Assembly (NCBI GenBank): GCA_022824185.1
Contig: JAJEAU010000023.1
Coordinates: 16,761 to 80,760 of the forward strand
DNA: 64,000 nt
DNA from: Dehalococcoidia bacterium
Lineage (GTDB): Bacteria; Chloroflexota; Dehalococcoidia; Lucifugimonadales; Lucifugimonadaceae
Reading direction: 5' to 3'
Shown: one piece after another, positions 9,811 to 18,937 of the stretch
How positions within the stretch are numbered: the stretch's first letter is position 1
Layout: each line of letters starts with the position of its first letter
Made by a program: the position numbers and the translations under genes
The notes under the pieces: model-generated
Told to the model about the DNA's origin: nothing
Database searches by the model: none
Seen by the model: the letters and a program-made list of their open reading frames with translations, nothing else

Positions 9811-10674
9811 TTGTCAACAATAGCGGAAACCCTCCGCTCCATCACAACCGAACTCCTCGACGTCGGCATTCCGTCCGACGAGGCAAAAGTTGAAGCCCGT
9901 ATCATCCTTCAACACGTCGTTGGCCTCTCTCCAACCCAAGTACTCGCCGCCTTCGATGACCCGTTCCCCGATTGCGAAACATCAAACTTAAACAACACAT
10001 TGGAAAGACGCCTAAATCGCGAACCGCTCGCCTACATTCTCGGAGCTAAAGACTTCTACAACCGCACATTTCGAGTAACTCGTGACGTTCTCGTCCCTAG
10101 ACCCGAAACCGAACATCTGATCGATCACACCGTCGAGTTCGCCCATCAGCACGACTTTCAAAACCCGACCATCTGCGACATTGGAACTGGCTCTGGCATC
10201 ATCGCCATCACCCTCGCAAAAGAGCTTCCGAGTGCCCAAATCACCGCCACCGACATCAGCGTAGACGCTCTCAAGCTGGCCAAAGCCAACGCTCAGACCC
10301 ACAACGTCAAAATCGAATTCATCTCCCAAGACGCGACGCAGAGCATACCCAGTAATATCTTCGACATCATCGTCTCGAATCCCCCATACATCACGACCCA
10401 AAACCTCGAAGCCCTCCAACCCGAAGTCCGTGATTGGGAACCAAGATTGGCCCTCGACGGTGGCCCTGACGGCATGAGTGTCATCAGCCCCCTGATCCAT
10501 GCGCTTCCCAACCTACTCAGCGGAAATTCGCCATCCGCTGCTTTCATCGAAATCGATCCCCTGATCGTCGACACGTGCCTATCCGAAACTCGCCGATCCC
10601 TCCCTGATGCACATGCCCAAATCCTCCGCGATTACGCTGGCCTTGAACGAATCATGGCAATCATCATCGATTGA
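9811..10674 (+). CDS. prmC: Release-factor glutamine N5-methyltransferase
   Basis: NPPY motif (IVSNPPYI), SAM-binding DIGTGSGIIAI, and position immediately after prfA. TTG start. Confidence 0.88.
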   Translation: MSTIAETLRSITTELLDVGIPSDEAKVEARIILQHVVGLSPTQVLAAFDDPFPDCETSNLNNTLERRLNREPLAYILGAKDFYNRTFRVTRDVLVPRPETEHLIDHTVEFAHQHDFQNPTICDIGTGSGIIAITLAKELPSAQITATDISVDALKLAKANAQTHNVKIEFISQDATQSIPSNIFDIIVSNPPYITTQNLEALQPEVRDWEPRLALDGGPDGMSVISPLIHALPNLLSGNSPSAAFIEIDPLIVDTCLSETRRSLPDAHAQILRDYAGLERIMAIIID

Positions 10675-10734
10675 ATTGCTCGTGACGTTAAAATTCACAC
10701 GAACCAATCCGATCTCAACCATACCGAGAAAATC

Positions 10735-12258
10735 GTGTCCGAAACCAATACCCTCAACTCCCTGCTCCGACCTGCATCTCGAACCGACACCGCGGTCGTC
10801 GCGCCTGATGTCGGCTCATGGTCCTATCAGCAACTCGATGACGAGACCGCCCGCCTCGCCGACACGCTAGCCGCCAACGGTGTCGAACCCGGTGTCGCCG
10901 TCTCGATAGTCCTCATCAACAGCTACGAATTCGTCGCAACATTCCTCGCTGTTACCCGCGCTGGCGCCATCGCAGCTCCGCTCAACCCCGCCTACACGAC
11001 CGACGAATTCATCTTCTACATGGAAGACGCCGGTGCGCGCGTCGCAATCCTCCCCAACGGCGATCATCCCGCTCGCAATGCCGCCGAAAAACTCGGCATC
11101 AAAACCTTCGACGCACAGCTTTCCGCCTCCAACGGCCAACCGCAGGTGATCCTGTCGACTCGCGGCTCCGAACTCACCTCTCGAGTTGACGCGACTGCAC
11201 CGGCCGACTCCGACATCGCACTGTTCCTCCACACCTCCGGCACTACCAGCCGACCAAAAGGCGTCCCTCTCCGACACCTGAACCTGATGAAATCAGTCGA
11301 AATCATCAAAAACACCTACGGCCTCACGCCCGACGACACCACAATGATCGTCATGCCTCTTTTCCACGTTCACGGCCTCATCGGGGCAACCCTCTCCACC
11401 CTCAACTCCGGAGGCACGGTAGTAGTCCCTCCGAGATTTTCCGCATCGGCATTCTGGAACCAGCAATCCCAAACTAACGCGACCTGGTACTCCGCGGTCC
11501 CAACGATCCACCAAATCCTCCTGACTCGGGCCGATGACGACGAAGCCCCCCACGAATCCTTCCGATTCATCCGCTCTTGCTCCGCCGCTCTCGCTCCCGC
11601 CGTCTTCACTGATCTTGAAAACCGATTCAATGCCCCTGTTCTCGAAGCCTACGGCATGACCGAAGCCTCACACCAGATGTCCAGCAGCCCGTTGCCGCCC
11701 GGCGACCGGATACCCGGCACCGTCGGGCAAGCCACCGGCGTCGAAGTCGCAATCATGGCCGACGAAAAATCAGGCGAACTCGCTGCGACCGGCGGCCTCG
11801 GAGAGGTCGTCATAAAAGGCGAGAACGTCATGTGGGGCTATCACAACAACGAAGAGGCAAACGCCGACGCATTTGTCGACGGTTGGTTCCGCACCGGCGA
11901 CCAGGGTTTCCTCGACGACAATGGCTACCTCACCCTCACGGGCAGACTGAAAGAGCTCATCAACCGAGGCGGCGAAAAGATCTCGCCTCTCGAAGTCGAC
12001 GCAACCCTCCTCGAACACCCCGCTGTGGCCGAGGCTGTCTGCTTCGCCGCTCCTGACTCCCACTATGGCGAAGCAGTTCAAGCAGCAGTTGTGTTGAGCT
12101 CAGACTCTAACCAGCAAGAAATCCAGGACTTCTGTCGAGAACGCCTTGCGGACTTTAAAGTCCCTGACATCATCTACTTCGCCGAAGAACTCCCTAGAAC
12201 CGCCACAGGCAAGATCCAACGCCGGCACGTTGCCACGGCATTCCTGAACGACGATTAG
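10735..12258 (+). CDS. AMP-dependent acyl-CoA synthetase/ligase (oxalyl-CoA-synthetase/AAE3-like)
   Basis: AMP-binding motif LFLHTSGTTSRPKGVPLRHLNL, GYHNNEEANADAF...GWFRTGD, and C-terminal TATGKIQRR. GTG start. Confidence 0.88.
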   Translation: MSETNTLNSLLRPASRTDTAVVAPDVGSWSYQQLDDETARLADTLAANGVEPGVAVSIVLINSYEFVATFLAVTRAGAIAAPLNPAYTTDEFIFYMEDAGARVAILPNGDHPARNAAEKLGIKTFDAQLSASNGQPQVILSTRGSELTSRVDATAPADSDIALFLHTSGTTSRPKGVPLRHLNLMKSVEIIKNTYGLTPDDTTMIVMPLFHVHGLIGATLSTLNSGGTVVVPPRFSASAFWNQQSQTNATWYSAVPTIHQILLTRADDDEAPHESFRFIRSCSAALAPAVFTDLENRFNAPVLEAYGMTEASHQMSSSPLPPGDRIPGTVGQATGVEVAIMADEKSGELAATGGLGEVVIKGENVMWGYHNNEEANADAFVDGWFRTGDQGFLDDNGYLTLTGRLKELINRGGEKISPLEVDATLLEHPAVAEAVCFAAPDSHYGEAVQAAVVLSSDSNQQEIQDFCRERLADFKVPDIIYFAEELPRTATGKIQRRHVATAFLNDD

Positions 12259-13622
12259 CTCGTCAGTACCGTCAAAAACACACTCGCCAATCCAAGGTAC
12301 ATCACGATCCCGAAGATATCCGTCGCGGTCGTGACGATCACCGCCGAAGCCATGGCCGGGTCGATCCGGATCAACCGCATAAACACCGGCACCAACACCC
12401 CGCTCAAGGCCGCGAGCAACAAATTCAACGCCAGCGAGCACATCACCAGTATCGTCAGCGCCAACTGACCGTTCCAGACATGGACGACGGCACCCAGAAT
12501 CGCACCGGCCACAAGCGCTTGAATAAGCGACATCGCCACCTCGGAGAGCAGCAACTGCCACACGTTCGATAACGAACTCTCTCCCAATGCCATCGATCGC
12601 ACAATAATCGTCACGGTCTGTGTCCCCGCGATCCCCGCCTGCCCCATTACGATCGGCAAGAATGCCGCCAACAACACCATCGCATCCAACGTCGGCTGAA
12701 ACAGACTCAAAACATACCCAGCCGCCATCACTGTGAACAGATTAAGAACGAGCCACGGCAACCTGGCCCGAATCGCTTCCCGAATATCGTTGCGAGATCC
12801 AATGCCGCCGCCCATTGCAAACAGGCGAAACATGTCTTCCGTCGCCTCCTGCTCAGCAACCTCGACCAGACTCTCCGAAGTGATGACGCCTTGCAGTTGG
12901 CGCCTGCCGTCCGTGACCGGAATGCTAGGTAGACGGTACCTCTGCATCAACCGAACCGCGCTCTCCTGATCTTCAGTCGCAGAAACCCAGATCACATCGC
13001 GGTTCATCACCTCATTGATCTTCGCGTCTGACGGCGCAAACACCAACTCGCTCAATTCCATACGACCCACCAACACGTCGTTCGCATCCACGGCGAACAA
13101 CTCCCGCAACATCTCAGGATCCAACTCCATCTGCCTCAACACTCGCAATGCATGCCGAACCGTCCAATACTCCCGCAACTTCCCAAAGGTCGGCGACATC
13201 AAACCGCCCGCATCATCGTCGTCATGCACCAGCAGATCACCGATAACGTTGAAGTTCCGCATCCGCACCAATGTATGGGCCGCTTCATCCCAAGCGATCC
13301 GGTGAAGCAAATCAGTTGCCACCTCCGGAGAAGTCTCATCCAACACGGCAGGGCGACGCGTCTCTGGGATCGAATCGAAAACTCGAGATCCGCGATCAAC
13401 GTCCAGATTTTCCAAAACCTCCGCGATCGCCGGGTTCGCCATCTTCGTTAACAACTGCCGTAGGTGGCCCTCGGATAGCTCTGCAACAACCGCCGACAGG
13501 TCCGCGGGTCGCAACGGCGCCAAACGCTTCAACGCAACAGAAACGCCACCGACCTCCAGCAGATCGCTCACCTCAGAAAGGACATCGCCCAGCTCCTCAG
13601 GTTTTGGTACGGTCATCGCCAC
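12255..13622 (-). CDS. mgtE: Magnesium transporter MgtE
   Basis: MgtE N-domain, a CBS pair (…VMNRDVIWVSATEDQESAVRLMQRYRLPSIPVTD…), and a C-terminal 5-TM channel domain. The stop overlaps the convergent upstream gene by 4 nt. Confidence 0.92.
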   Translation of the reverse strand: MAMTVPKPEELGDVLSEVSDLLEVGGVSVALKRLAPLRPADLSAVVAELSEGHLRQLLTKMANPAIAEVLENLDVDRGSRVFDSIPETRRPAVLDETSPEVATDLLHRIAWDEAAHTLVRMRNFNVIGDLLVHDDDDAGGLMSPTFGKLREYWTVRHALRVLRQMELDPEMLRELFAVDANDVLVGRMELSELVFAPSDAKINEVMNRDVIWVSATEDQESAVRLMQRYRLPSIPVTDGRRQLQGVITSESLVEVAEQEATEDMFRLFAMGGGIGSRNDIREAIRARLPWLVLNLFTVMAAGYVLSLFQPTLDAMVLLAAFLPIVMGQAGIAGTQTVTIIVRSMALGESSLSNVWQLLLSEVAMSLIQALVAGAILGAVVHVWNGQLALTILVMCSLALNLLLAALSGVLVPVFMRLIRIDPAMASAVIVTTATDIFGIVMYLGLASVFLTVLTS

Positions 13623-13867
13623 GACATGGATCTCAGCGGTTGGAACTTTGGATTGTCAGATGTGGACCCGAAAAACAACGTGCCGCGCCGAAACTCATCC
13701 GCTTGCCTCACACATCGCCACGTTCCCTTGCTTCGTGCCCGACAAACTGAATCGTAGCGAAACAACATCTCAACATTCAATACAAAACGATCCCTCATCG
13801 TGGGTAACATGGAAATATAGCCCTGTCGAAATTCTTTGATGAGGTTCGCAGTGAAAGGTGCCAATCC

Positions 13868-14731
13868 ATGCTCTTAGGTGTTGCCGGTCTCGTGAGGGGC
13901 GATTGGCTTGACGTAACCACCGATCAAGCCAAAAAAGTCGCCGACCACGGCTTCGTTTCCGCCCTCCTGACGATCTCGGATCCTTCAAAAGGCGACGACC
14001 GCGACATCCAAAGAGTCCGATCGCTCTACGCCGAACACGGCCTCAACATGCCCATGACGCGCGGCGGTTACGGTGGCGGCCTCTGTTCCGATGACGAAGC
14101 CCAACGAAAATGGACCGTCGACTTCCTCACGGACACCATTCGTCTCTCTGCGAAAATGGGCTGTCCTACCACCTACTTTCGACCTGGAAGCCTCAACCCC
14201 AACGGAGCGTGGCTGCCACACCCCGAAAACCGCTCGGACGCAACTTTCGATCGTCTAGTCGACAGCGCGAAAACAGCCTGTGCCGTAGCCGAATCCGAGG
14301 GAATAAAACTCGTCGTCGAATCCGGTGTGGTATGCCCCCTTTACACCCCCCAACGGGTCCGAGATTTCTTCGACGCCGTCTCGATGCCAGCCCTCGGCTA
14401 CAACATGGACCCCGTCAACCTCGTCGGCTCACTAGACATCGCATACGACACCACGTCCCTGATCAACGAATGCATCGACCTCATGGCCGACGAAATCGTC
14501 GGCTGTGATGCCAAAGACTTCACCATCGTTGACGCCCTGCTGCCACACTTCGAGGAAGAGATCATCGGTGCACCCAACGCACTGCTGGACAACGTAACTC
14601 TTCTTAAGCGCCTCAATCAAATCGCACCCGACATCACGGTCACGGTAGAGCACTACCCCGACGAGAAAATCCCCGCCGCGGCCGCGGGTATCCGCAAAGC
14701 CGCTGACATTGCGGGAGTGACGTGGGACTGA
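13868..14731 (+). CDS. Sugar-phosphate isomerase/epimerase (xylose-isomerase-like TIM barrel) family protein
   Basis: Size and general pattern of AP-endonuclease-2/xylose-isomerase-like TIM barrels (…IKLVVESGV…NMDPVNLVGS…). The assignment is weaker than for its neighbours. Confidence 0.55.
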   Translation: MLLGVAGLVRGDWLDVTTDQAKKVADHGFVSALLTISDPSKGDDRDIQRVRSLYAEHGLNMPMTRGGYGGGLCSDDEAQRKWTVDFLTDTIRLSAKMGCPTTYFRPGSLNPNGAWLPHPENRSDATFDRLVDSAKTACAVAESEGIKLVVESGVVCPLYTPQRVRDFFDAVSMPALGYNMDPVNLVGSLDIAYDTTSLINECIDLMADEIVGCDAKDFTIVDALLPHFEEEIIGAPNALLDNVTLLKRLNQIAPDITVTVEHYPDEKIPAAAAGIRKAADIAGVTWD

Positions 14732-14777
14732 AAACCCCACCTCAAGGATCTGTCTGAATCCCCTCAGGAGCCCGAAT

Positions 14778-15536
14778 ATGCCCGCAAACCTCACGGACAA
14801 AAGATGCATCGTTACGGGTGGAGCAACCGGCATCGGCCGTGCATCCGCCATCCGCCTCGCCGAACTAGGCGCACAAGTCGCAATTTTCGACAACAACAAC
14901 GAAGCCGGTAACGCGACCGCAATCGAGATCAACGAGAGCGGCGGGAACGCAAGATTTTGGAGTGTCGACGTCCGAGACGAAGCAAACGTCTCAGGAACCG
15001 TCATCGCAGCGAAGGCGTGGCTTGGCGATATCGACATCCTCTGCCACTTCGCGGGTGTGCTCATCGGTGCCTCGATACCCTTAGAGGACTTCGACGAGAA
15101 AACTTGGGACACGGTTCTCGACATCAACTTGCGGGGCACGTTTCTCATGGCCCGATACGTCGTCATGGAAATGCTCAAAAAACCCGGACCCAACCGCGGC
15201 ACGATCATCCTCACCGCATCGGGCGCGGGCGTAAAGGGTGGATCGTCATCTTACGCCTACGGAGCGAGTAAAGGCGGCGTGCACGGCTTCACAATGGTCA
15301 TGCAGCAGTACCTCGACGCCCAGGGAATCCGGGTCAACGACATTGCACCCGGATCCGTCGAAACCCCCCTCAAAGTCGCCCAGCTCCGATCATCAGGCGA
15401 GATCAATCAACAACCATCGGCCCAAATCGAGCAATCAGTCTCAAACCTCACAAACCCGAGTGACGTCGCGGAAATCGTCGCTTTTATGGCTAGCGATGAA
15501 GCAAACGCCCTGCGTGGGATAGTATTTACCGCTTGA
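14778..15536 (+). CDS. Short-chain dehydrogenase/reductase (SDR)
   Basis: TGGATGIGRA cofactor motif and the catalytic YGASKGG (YxxxK). Confidence 0.88.
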   Translation: MPANLTDKRCIVTGGATGIGRASAIRLAELGAQVAIFDNNNEAGNATAIEINESGGNARFWSVDVRDEANVSGTVIAAKAWLGDIDILCHFAGVLIGASIPLEDFDEKTWDTVLDINLRGTFLMARYVVMEMLKKPGPNRGTIILTASGAGVKGGSSSYAYGASKGGVHGFTMVMQQYLDAQGIRVNDIAPGSVETPLKVAQLRSSGEINQQPSAQIEQSVSNLTNPSDVAEIVAFMASDEANALRGIVFTA

Positions 15537-15592
15537 CACCACGAAATTGACTCGGCTGCGCTGATCCAGCGCCAACGCCCGCGGACATCATT

Positions 15593-16447
15593 TTGACGCG
15601 CCATACAGCTAGGGCATTTGCCCCCGGGAACATCTCGGGTCTATTCAAAATCATCCCTCACGACAACCCGGCCAAAATGCATTCGTTGGGCTGGGGCTTC
15701 ACTGTTAGTGACGGAGTGACGGTCGAACTCGCCCGTTCCGATTCACCGACCACAGAAATCTCATTCAACGAGAAGCCAATCCAATTCCCAACCGTGTCCA
15801 CGGCGTTGCTAGATCTCACAAATATGAGCTTTCGCGTCGCGATTGAATCGAACCTCCCGTTGAGCAGCGGATTCGGACTCAGCGGCGCCTCATCCTTAGC
15901 TGCGCTCACTGCTGCCAACCACCTCCTAGGCCTGAGCAAATCTCGCCACGACCTCGCCATGATCGCCCACGTCGCCGAGGTCCGCCACCTCACGGGGCTG
16001 GGCGATGTCTGCGCTCAGTACAACGGCGGTTGTCTCGTCAAGACCAAGGTCGGCGATCCACTCGCAGCTACCGTTCTCAAGATGCCTCCCACCCCTATCC
16101 ATTGGCGCTACTTCGGCAAAATCAGCACCAGCGAAATCCTCGCCGACCACCAACGACACCAACGCATCAACGACGCTGCCGACTCCGCCCTCGGAACCAT
16201 CCAATCCGCAATTAACGACGGCACGACCATCACATTTGACGATCTCATCGAACTCGCACTCGAATTCGCCGAAACTAGCGATTTGCTGATGGACGAACGC
16301 GTCAAAGAATCAATCTCCAAAGCCCGATCAAACGGCGGCACCGCAACCATGATCATGCTCGGGAACGCCGTCTTCAGCACCGCCCCATTCCCCGGAAGCA
16401 CAGAAACCGCCCTATCGAACTCGGCGACCCACCTGATCGAAGACTAG
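15593..16447 (+). CDS. GHMP-family kinase, pantoate-kinase-like (COG1829-like)
   Basis: N-terminal RAFAPGNISGLFKI and the GHMP motif II-like NLPLSSGFGLSGASSLAA. TTG start. Subfamily call is from memory of archaeal pantoate kinases. Confidence 0.55.
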   Translation: MTRHTARAFAPGNISGLFKIIPHDNPAKMHSLGWGFTVSDGVTVELARSDSPTTEISFNEKPIQFPTVSTALLDLTNMSFRVAIESNLPLSSGFGLSGASSLAALTAANHLLGLSKSRHDLAMIAHVAEVRHLTGLGDVCAQYNGGCLVKTKVGDPLAATVLKMPPTPIHWRYFGKISTSEILADHQRHQRINDAADSALGTIQSAINDGTTITFDDLIELALEFAETSDLLMDERVKESISKARSNGGTATMIMLGNAVFSTAPFPGSTETALSNSATHLIED

Positions 16448-16682
16448 CTCGGTGACGAGCGCTCCCGGCGATTTTCCCCGTTCTCCTGATTATCGGCGCC
16501 GGGTCGGAACCGAGCCATCAAAACACCGCTAGCCGCAAGCAGTGCAGATGTTGCCGTTCGCATTTACGTCTCGTAAGTTCCCGTGACCATCGTTTCGCCC
16601 AGTTCAAAAATCGCGATGTGGTACCATTCCCAAGGTAAATCCCCTCTATTCGCCTCGGACGATTCAGGAGCAAATCAGACCA

Positions 16683-17477
16683 ATGTTCGCGACCATCGGC
16701 CATACCTTTGAACTTATGAAAATGAGTTGGAACGTCCTCATGCAGGACCGCGAACTCATCCTGTTTCCCATATTCTCCGGTCTGGGCGTGCTCATCCTCG
16801 CATTCGCCGGTCTCGCCTCAGGCGTAGGGGAGAGCGGCAACCTCGTCGCTTTCCTGATAATGATCCTTCTCGCCTACTTCATTACCACGTTCTTCAACGC
16901 CGCGCTTATCTCCGCCGCTCTCGAACGGCTGCGGGGAGGCGATCCCAACGTTACCTCCGGCCTCGCCCATGCCGCAAAACACATCCATCACATCTTCCTT
17001 TGGTCCGTGATCTCAGCAATCGTCGGCACTCTCTTCCGGGTGCTCCGATCAAACACCGACAACTTCATCGTCCAGATGATTTACAGCATGATCGAAGGCG
17101 TCTGGGAGTTCATGACGTTCTTCGTCATCCCGGTCATGGTCTCCGAAAACCAAGGACCGATATCGTCGATCAAACGATCCGCTGGCATCATCCGACAGAC
17201 CTGGGGACGTCAGATCACCGCATCATTCGGCTTCTTCCTCGTCTACCTGTTGGCTGTGGTCGCGGCCGCCATTCCGGCGATCCTCCTCTTCCTAATCGCA
17301 CCAACCATCGGCATCATCGTCGGCATCCTACTCGTCGGTTTCGCCCTCGCAGTGGTCCAGACGCTTGAAGGAATCTTCAAGGCCGCACTCTACGACTTCG
17401 CTGTCGGTGAGCAACCCGAAGGATTCGACCTCCGCACCCTCCAGACCGCGTACCAACCCGACTACGCAAGAGCGTAA
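16683..17477 (+). CDS. Multi-pass membrane protein of unknown function (DUF6159-like by recollection)
   Basis: Six or so hydrophobic helices. The N-terminus ...TFELMKMSWNVLMQDRELILFPIFSG is typical of that uncharacterised family. Confidence 0.6.
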   Translation: MFATIGHTFELMKMSWNVLMQDRELILFPIFSGLGVLILAFAGLASGVGESGNLVAFLIMILLAYFITTFFNAALISAALERLRGGDPNVTSGLAHAAKHIHHIFLWSVISAIVGTLFRVLRSNTDNFIVQMIYSMIEGVWEFMTFFVIPVMVSENQGPISSIKRSAGIIRQTWGRQITASFGFFLVYLLAVVAAAIPAILLFLIAPTIGIIVGILLVGFALAVVQTLEGIFKAALYDFAVGEQPEGFDLRTLQTAYQPDYARA

Positions 17478-17583
17478 TCTCAACCGGAACTCAAAACCAC
17501 ATGTCTCGGGTTTCACGGATCCGCTCGCGATTTAGATTCGTATCTATACGCGCTCGACTAAAAACTCGAACCACGAAAGACAA

Positions 17584-18705
17584 ATGCTCGCGAAGCCTAG
17601 CTTGACCACCCGAATTCAAACCGCGGCGATCATCCTTGTCGCAGTCGCCGGAATCCTCACCGCCACTCTCGCCGATCCCATCTCCGCTCATGAAGGACGA
17701 GACGTCGGCGATTACAACTTAGTAGTCGGTTTCCTACGCGAACCTGCCTACGAAGGCCAACTCAACGCCGTTTCGCTGGTCGTCGCAAAAACCTCAACCG
17801 ACACCATGGATGCGCATCACATGGAACCTGATGACGGCGACCACGACATGGCATCAATGGCGGAGAACAATGCCGTCGACGTGATGGTCCACGGCGCGAT
17901 CTTCACATCGCCTCAGTTCGGCACCATGGAAAACTTCGAATTCGACGTCACCGAAGATCTCAGCGGCGTCGAAATCCCATACCACGTGCACCCCGGCGAC
18001 CAAGAAGGCATCATCGTCGTATCCTCTTCCGAATCTCACCACGCCGAAGACCAATCCATCATGATCATGGACGACCATCTAATGCCGGCGAGAATCGAAG
18101 TCAACGTCGGTGACACCGTCGTCTGGATGAACCACGAAAACCAGAACGCAGTCGTAATGAGCGGCCCCCTGTCATCCATGACCAACGAGATGACGACGAT
18201 GATGAGCGACGAATCCCCGAGCGTAACCGCAGAAACCACCGCCACGAGAACTCGCGTCACCGGCCTCGGTTCCACACTCCAAGTCGAGGTCTATCACCTC
18301 CCGACCGACGCCTCTCGCGAAATGCCTCTTTCAGAGGTGTACAACGACCCCGGTCACTACATCGCCGAGTTCATACCGACCGCGCCGGGTGACTACAGCA
18401 TGAGATTCTTCGGATCCATCGAAGGAAACGCAATCGACGAAACCTTCTATGCCGGCCCGAACACATTCGACACCGTCGTCGCATCTGACGCCATCCAATT
18501 CCCAGTCGTCCTTGAGAGCAACCGCGAGATCCAAAACGCCACTCAAGGCGCTCTCGACTCTGTACAAGAGCTCGAATCCGAAGTCGACACCGCTTCATCG
18601 ACGGCTTCCACTGGAATGATCATCGGCATCGTCGGCATCCTCTTCGGCATCGCCGCCACGGGCACCAGCATCTTCGCCATTACCATTGCCAGAAGGCGCA
18701 ACTGA
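17584..18705 (+). CDS. Secreted, C-terminally membrane-anchored His/Met-rich protein with a cupredoxin-like segment (putative copper-binding)
   Basis: Signal peptide ending ...ADPISAHEG. His/Met/Asp-rich stretches (MDAHHMEPDDGDHDMASM, MTNEMTTMMSDES). A plastocyanin-like block, MPARIEVNVGDTVVWMNHENQNAVVMSG. C-terminal TM helix plus RRRN. Lies directly upstream of the CopCD gene. Confidence 0.6.
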   Translation: MLAKPSLTTRIQTAAIILVAVAGILTATLADPISAHEGRDVGDYNLVVGFLREPAYEGQLNAVSLVVAKTSTDTMDAHHMEPDDGDHDMASMAENNAVDVMVHGAIFTSPQFGTMENFEFDVTEDLSGVEIPYHVHPGDQEGIIVVSSSESHHAEDQSIMIMDDHLMPARIEVNVGDTVVWMNHENQNAVVMSGPLSSMTNEMTTMMSDESPSVTAETTATRTRVTGLGSTLQVEVYHLPTDASREMPLSEVYNDPGHYIAEFIPTAPGDYSMRFFGSIEGNAIDETFYAGPNTFDTVVASDAIQFPVVLESNREIQNATQGALDSVQELESEVDTASSTASTGMIIGIVGILFGIAATGTSIFAITIARRRN

Positions 18706-18732
18706 TCCAACCCGCCGCCGCGGGAACCATTT

Positions 18733-18927
18733 ATGTCGAAAATCCTCCTGCACGGTGCCGTCGGACTATGGGACGAAATCGGTACCGTAGTCGCTATCGT
18801 CTCATTCGTCATCCTCATGAGCTTCCTAGCCTGGTCCAGCGGCAACAAACGCCGTAAAGCACAGAGGGAACGACGCTTACGTCGCCTGCGTGAACTGCAA
18901 GCACAGAGCGCAAACGACGAAGAATGA
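18733..18927 (+). CDS. Small single-pass membrane protein (64 aa)
   Basis: One TM helix (IGTVVAIVSFVILMSFLAW) followed by a highly basic helix (KRRKAQRERRLRRLRELQ). Has the local codon bias and fills the gap between the two copper genes. Confidence 0.45.
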   Translation: MSKILLHGAVGLWDEIGTVVAIVSFVILMSFLAWSSGNKRRKAQRERRLRRLRELQAQSANDEE

Positions 18928-18937
18928 ACCATTGCCC

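Noticed and set aside
12255-12258. 4-nt overlap of convergent stop codons (acyl-CoA synthetase / mgtE); also 49866-49869 and the 3-nt gap at 21260-21262
   Set aside because: This is compact convergent packing without any intervening hairpin. It is noted as genome compaction, with no evidence of a functional element.
13623-13867. Possible M-box (ykoK) Mg2+ riboswitch upstream of mgtE
   Set aside because: On the minus strand there are only short resemblances (GTTACCCACGATGAGGG and CGCTACGATTCAG) to the conserved GUUAGGUGAGGCU / GCUCUACGAUUGAAG ends. They lie ~45 nt apart instead of ~150 nt, and the internal conserved blocks are missing. A cmscan could still be run.
14432-15214. 260-aa minus-strand ORF spanning two plus-strand genes (and 37198-37989, 263 aa, antisense to the NAD-kinase-like gene)
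   Set aside because: It crosses the intergenic gap between the TIM-barrel and SDR genes on the opposite strand. It has no start context and no motifs, so it is a shadow ORF.
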